A model generated the notes under the pieces. The model made no database searches, was not told the origin of the DNA, and was given only the letters and a program-made list of their open reading frames with translations. A stretch of 61,089 bases of DNA, taken from the NCBI GenBank assembly GCA_021734445.1, contig JAIPIY010000004.1, positions 1 to 61,089 of the forward strand. Reading direction: 5' to 3'. Below, one piece after another: positions 57,328-61,089 of the stretch. Position 1 is the first letter of the stretch. Every line of letters starts with the position of its first letter. The translations under genes were made by a program, and so were the position numbers. The DNA is from Minisyncoccota bacterium. GTDB lineage: Bacteria > Patescibacteriota > Minisyncoccia > Phycocordibacterales > UBA1006.

Positions 57328-58119
57328 ATGAAAGAGCAAGACAAAGTGGAGCTAAAAGCCCCAAAACCTGGTGAATCGATTAGAGTTGTAAGTATTGAAG
57401 AAATTTGCGTACCTAATGGAACTTATATTACCGAGGGTACCATCTTAATTCATTTTGGATCTGACAAAGCAACCATCACAATGGAAGCTGAAAAAAGTGG
57501 CAAAGTTTTTTATGCCCCAGGAATTGTTGAAGGTGCAGAAATAGCCACTGAATCTATTGTGGGATATATCCTTGTTGGTGACAATGAAGGGGTGGAAAAT
57601 AATCCATCAAATCAACCCGACATGTATAATCCTACACACAGGCCAACAAGCAGGTTCACTTATGAACCTAGGTGGTGGCAAACGGATTCAGATATAATCC
57701 GATTAGTACAACCGTATTATGATACTATTGTTGGGGAAAATCCCAGCGAAAAAGTAAAAAACGCGGCAATTGTGGGAATATTTTGCCACCAGGAACAAGG
57801 TGAAGACAAGCGGCACGAATGCGATCATTTCGCATTACTGCAAGAATTGCAGAAAGATCCTACTTTGGTGGTTGGACTCTTTTCATTCACTCTTGTCACA
57901 AAGAGTGCGAACTTTGCAAAGGTTCATCAAAGATGTCATGCTGCTGAATCTTTGGAGGTATATCTTCAATCATCTCCACATTTGGCGGAGATATTGAAGT
58001 ATCCCAATGTGGTACCCTTTTCTTTCCTTTTTACTGGTGATCTTGAAAACAATCTTGCCTTCAGGCAAAGTTTCTTTGATCACTTTGATTATAAGCATCG
58101 TACACTGACAAAGAGATAA
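57328..58119 (+). CDS. Lipoyl/biotinyl-carrier-like domain fused to an unknown domain
   Basis: ELKAPKPGESI...V..G..I..G..L.....SDKAT.T.EA..SG resembles an E2 lipoyl domain with the DKA lysine. Confidence 0.65.
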   Translation: MKEQDKVELKAPKPGESIRVVSIEEICVPNGTYITEGTILIHFGSDKATITMEAEKSGKVFYAPGIVEGAEIATESIVGYILVGDNEGVENNPSNQPDMYNPTHRPTSRFTYEPRWWQTDSDIIRLVQPYYDTIVGENPSEKVKNAAIVGIFCHQEQGEDKRHECDHFALLQELQKDPTLVVGLFSFTLVTKSANFAKVHQRCHAAESLEVYLQSSPHLAEILKYPNVVPFSFLFTGDLENNLAFRQSFFDHFDYKHRTLTKR

Positions 58120-58133
58120 CACTCAACCCAGAG

Positions 58134-58163
58134 GCCCCGCAATTCGCGGGGCTGATTTTTTAT
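58134..58163 (+). terminator. Intrinsic terminator
   Basis: GCCCCGC-AATTC-GCGGGGC followed by GATTTTTT. Confidence 0.75.
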
Positions 58164-58317
58164 AAAAAAATCCCTGCATCTCATAAAATGACTACGGACC
58201 CACTTCCCCATCCAAAAAATTTCATAAAACTGATGTATTTTACTGTTTCTGGTTCCACCGATGCACCTATCTACAGGGGTATAGATTTTATTATAAAATA
58301 GTGTATAGTGTCTCTAT

Positions 58318-58440
58318 ATGGCAAAAAGATTAACCGGCGTAGGAAACATGAAAGCATCACATTCAAAAAAGACGAAAAAGCGTCTTGAGATAAAGCACAC
58401 AATGTTAAAAGAACGAGCAGCAAAAAAAGCTAAAAAATAA
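58318..58440 (+). CDS. 40-aa basic protein (not in ORF track)
   Basis: MAKRLTGVGNMKASHSKKTKKRLEIKHTMLKERAAKKAKK*; TATAGT 8 nt upstream and a terminator immediately downstream. Confidence 0.7.
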   Translation: MAKRLTGVGNMKASHSKKTKKRLEIKHTMLKERAAKKAKK

Positions 58441-58455
58441 TTTTATTAACCAATA

Positions 58456-58484
58456 CAAAAGAGCTCCCCAGGGAGCTCTTTTGT
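58456..58484 (+). terminator. Intrinsic terminator
   Basis: CAAAAGAGCTCCC-CA-GGGAGCTCTTTTG. Confidence 0.85.
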
Positions 58485-58516
58485 TGTTATATATAATGTA
58501 GTGTATACTTTATACT

Positions 58517-59233
58517 ATGGAAAATGAAAAACAACCTCAAAATAATTATCAACAAAAACCACTAGAAAAAAGAATGTCAGTCGGAGTAGCATTAATTTTG
58601 GGTATTTCTGGAATTATTATTACGGCCATTATCGCAGGTACGATTATTTTTACCAGCGGAGCGAAAGCTCTGGACAATATCGATTTCAAAGAGTTGGACG
58701 GATTACAAGTTCAAGTTAACGAACAAGGCAACGAAACCTTTGTTTCTGTAGATATCAATGAATCCAAAGAAATGTATACAAACTCTGAATTAGGATTTTC
58801 ATTTTATCAAAACAAAGAACTGGGTAATTTTGTATTTAAAAAAGGTACAGGAACAACAGGTAAAAATTTCTTTGGCACCCAGGGATGTGAAGCGGGTGAT
58901 AATTTCTGTATGTTTCTCGGTGGAATAACTACTGATTATACTTTTCCCGGAGAATTAAATGCCAACGAAGTTTCAAAATACCCTTCAGATGCAGAATTGG
59001 AATCTTTATCTGCAAATGGATATATGTATGAAAAACGAGTAAATTCCCATGGTGCAGAATATGTATTGATCTTTGGTAAAAAAGAAACTGACATGCCGTA
59101 CATAGGAGAAAACCAGGCTGTTGCCATTTTTAAACTAACCTCATCTTCTGATTTTGAAGCTCTTGGATTCCAATTGGTTTCCGGAGATATGCATAATTTC
59201 ATGCAAATTATAGAATCGGTAAAAGTTTTTTAA
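58517..59233 (+). CDS. Membrane-anchored hypothetical protein
   Basis: N-terminal TM helix; Y.NSELGFSF motif and C-terminal F.QIIES.K of PsbP-like extracellular domains. Confidence 0.7.
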   Translation: MENEKQPQNNYQQKPLEKRMSVGVALILGISGIIITAIIAGTIIFTSGAKALDNIDFKELDGLQVQVNEQGNETFVSVDINESKEMYTNSELGFSFYQNKELGNFVFKKGTGTTGKNFFGTQGCEAGDNFCMFLGGITTDYTFPGELNANEVSKYPSDAELESLSANGYMYEKRVNSHGAEYVLIFGKKETDMPYIGENQAVAIFKLTSSSDFEALGFQLVSGDMHNFMQIIESVKVF

Positions 59234-59248
59234 CTACTCTCATAAACT

Positions 59249-59281
59249 AAAAACACCCCAATTCAGGGGTGTTTTTATTTT
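59249..59281 (+). terminator. Intrinsic terminator
   Basis: AAAAACACCCC-AATTCA-GGGGTGTTTTT. Confidence 0.8.
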
Positions 59282-59348
59282 ATAACACAAGGTGCCCAGC
59301 ATGCATACAATACCAACAATTGGTGTTTGTCTGTTATACTGCATAGTA

Positions 59349-59933
59349 ATGAAGATCTTATTTAAAATAATGGCAATCATTACCTGCACCTTGGCGTGCG
59401 TGACTATTATTGTAATCACGGAATCTCGTTTCAATAATTTTGAAGAAATCCCGGTTGCATCATATACACCAATACCCACTACACCAGTTACCCAGGCAAT
59501 CCCCCTCATGCTGTCTATTGATAGTCTTGAGGTGCATGCCCCTATTGAACCTGTTGGGGTGGTAGATGGGGCAATGGGAGCGCCGGCCACTGCTGATGTG
59601 GTAAGCTGGTATCAGCCAGGAACAATCCCAGGAGATCCGGGTAGTGCCGTTATCGCAGGACATGTGAATTGGAACAAGGGGCAAGATGCAATATTTGCAA
59701 AATTACATACCCTTGAAATTGGAGACATTCTGTACGTAACTGACAGCCATGGAAATAGAGATTATTTTATTGTAACAAAAATAAAACAATATAAATTAGA
59801 CGCTAATACTACAGAGGTTTTTTCATCAGATGATGGATTAGCACATTTGAATTTGATCACCTGTATCGGAGTATGGAACCCCGAAAAGAAAACTCGCGAA
59901 TCCAGACTAGTCGTATTTACCGACAAAATTTAA
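59349..59933 (+). CDS. Class F sortase
   Basis: WY..G..PG..GSAVIAGH, F..L..L..GD, LNLITC.G and RLVVF; His-Cys-Arg triad present. Confidence 0.92.
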   Translation: MKILFKIMAIITCTLACVTIIVITESRFNNFEEIPVASYTPIPTTPVTQAIPLMLSIDSLEVHAPIEPVGVVDGAMGAPATADVVSWYQPGTIPGDPGSAVIAGHVNWNKGQDAIFAKLHTLEIGDILYVTDSHGNRDYFIVTKIKQYKLDANTTEVFSSDDGLAHLNLITCIGVWNPEKKTRESRLVVFTDKI

Positions 59934-59942
59934 ACCAATAAA

Positions 59943-60227
59943 TTATTTTTCAAATCCAGTTGTAGGAAATGCAGGATTTACAGGTTCTACAGGCATAGGT
60001 TCAGGAGCTGGAGTAACCATAGGTTCCACAGGAACTTGTTCTGCCTCCATTTCCAATTGTGCCTGTGCTTGCATTTCTGCTTCTGTTCTATCTTCTAATT
60101 GTGTTTGTGTTTCAGCAGAATAATTATCTTGTGGCATAGCAGAGTTTTTACGATCTTGCATAACCAACACAATAATAATAGCTGCGACAACTAATACTGC
60201 AATAATGATACCTGTTTTTGTGTTCAT
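59943..60227 (-). CDS. Small N-anchored Pro/Glu-rich protein ending in FPTTGFEK
   Basis: N-terminal TM helix, low-complexity stalk and terminal LPxTG-like motif. Confidence 0.75.
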   Translation of the reverse strand: MNTKTGIIIAVLVVAAIIIVLVMQDRKNSAMPQDNYSAETQTQLEDRTEAEMQAQAQLEMEAEQVPVEPMVTPAPEPMPVEPVNPAFPTTGFEK

Positions 60228-60447
60228 ACTATTTTAATTTCATTAATAATAATTTCTTATCTTCGAACCATATATACATTATACACCAAATATTGACAAA
60301 AGGATATTCTGTTATTATACAACACACATACCGTTATTTACCTAATAAAGATTGCCCCTATCTATTTTGTTCAATAAAGAGCATACTGAATAGGAGGCAT
60401 TACTAATTTATCGACTACTCTTCTTCGCAAAAGAGATTGCATATCAT

Positions 60448-60600
60448 ATGATTACAACTATCGCTATTATCTTATTGATCTTATGGTTATTGGGTTTTGT
60501 TGGTTTTAACATAGTAAGTGGATTTATCCATATCCTATTAGTATTAGCTGTTATTTTGTTTTTGATCCGGATTATACGCGGAGAGAATCCCTTCAGATAA
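60448..60600 (+). CDS. lmo0937-family small membrane protein, 50 aa (not in ORF track)
   Basis: MITTIAIILLILWLLGFVGFNIVSGFIHILLVLAVILFLIRIIRGENPFR*; WLLG...G.IHILLV.A signature. Confidence 0.85.
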   Translation: MITTIAIILLILWLLGFVGFNIVSGFIHILLVLAVILFLIRIIRGENPFR

Positions 60601-60645
60601 TCGAATTTTCTTATTCACCACAGCAACCTGTAGCGAGAAATTAAA

Positions 60646-60688
60646 AATACAAAAATGGTTAGACGTTTGTCTAACCATTTTTGTATTG
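60646..60688 (+). terminator. Intrinsic terminator
   Basis: AATACAAAAATGGTTAGAC-GTTT-GTCTAACCATTTTTGTATT. Confidence 0.8.
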
Positions 60689-60723
60689 CCGATTTGGATT
60701 ACAGTGAGTTATACTATGTTTGT

Positions 60724-61089
60724 ATGAAAAAAATAATCAACATCATTTTAAAAATCATATTATCACTGATTATTATTATGCCAATATTAGGCACCTTGGG
60801 TATATTTCCCCCAGCAACACCTGATATGTATAATACAACCAAAGCCTACGATTTTATCATTATGATAACCAATGCAGGATATATTATGTGGATCATGACC
60901 GTGGTATACATTATTTGTCTTGGTCTTATTATAAAAAATAAAATGGCTCTTGTTGCATTACTACTTCTCCCTATTACCATAAATATTGTTGGATTCCATG
61001 CTTTTCTTGATGGAGGATTGTTAACGCCCGGTGCAATCATGGGAAATGTCTTCTTTCTTATTAACATCTATTTCCTTTGGCAGAATCGA
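60724..61089 (+). CDS. DoxX-like membrane protein, runs off the window end
   Basis: Open frame MKKIINIILKIILSL...LLLPITINIVGFHAFLD with no stop before the end. Confidence 0.7.
   Translation, partial: MKKIINIILKIILSLIIIMPILGTLGIFPPATPDMYNTTKAYDFIIMITNAGYIMWIMTVVYIICLGLIIKNKMALVALLLLPITINIVGFHAFLDGGLLTPGAIMGNVFFLINIYFLWQNR

Noticed and set aside
60846-61067. 73-aa minus-strand ORF at the window end
   Set aside because: Antisense to the more plausible plus-strand DoxX-like gene starting at 60724.
52756-61089. attR direct repeat of the tRNA-Asn 3' end
   Set aside because: No duplicate of the tRNA 3' sequence was found by eye, so the island's right boundary is left undefined.

Overview
A 61-kb AT-rich, gene-dense bacterial chromosomal segment, most consistent with a Patescibacteria (CPR; Parcubacteria-like) genome. 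This is an inference from the alpha2-type GlyRS, short RecO, a domain-inserted type-2 IleRS, no rplA after rplK and many apparently leaderless genes. Positions 1-42.9 kb are mostly housekeeping: rpsF-ssb-rpsR, tatD, metG, glyQS, recO, ileS with an Ile T-box, argS, a dTTP/folate cluster (dut, tmk, glyA, thyA, dcd, dCMP deaminase, folA, CofE-like ligase), secE-nusG-rplK, uppP, secA, RNase P RNA, lepB, hisS, def, fmt, hpf and a cyclophilin. At tRNA-Asn (42926-42997) an integrative island begins. It carries a large serine recombinase whose last 12 codons are the antisense of the tRNA, a structured non-coding region, an array of two alternating DNA motifs, a c4-like antisense-RNA leader, and a two-gene membrane KAP-NTPase + PIN-like nuclease module, which is the best candidate for an undescribed defence system. 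The right end holds accessory genes, including a class F sortase next to a protein ending in FPTTG. Other notable signals are two adjacent, mutually complementary putative small RNAs (33.14-33.43 kb), a 42-bp palindromic in-frame insertion in thyA, a SemiSWEET-family gene under an Ile T-box, and several short ORFs missed by the ORF track. All calls come from visual motif recognition; no searches or folding were run. Some starts were moved from the ORF track to more plausible ATGs.
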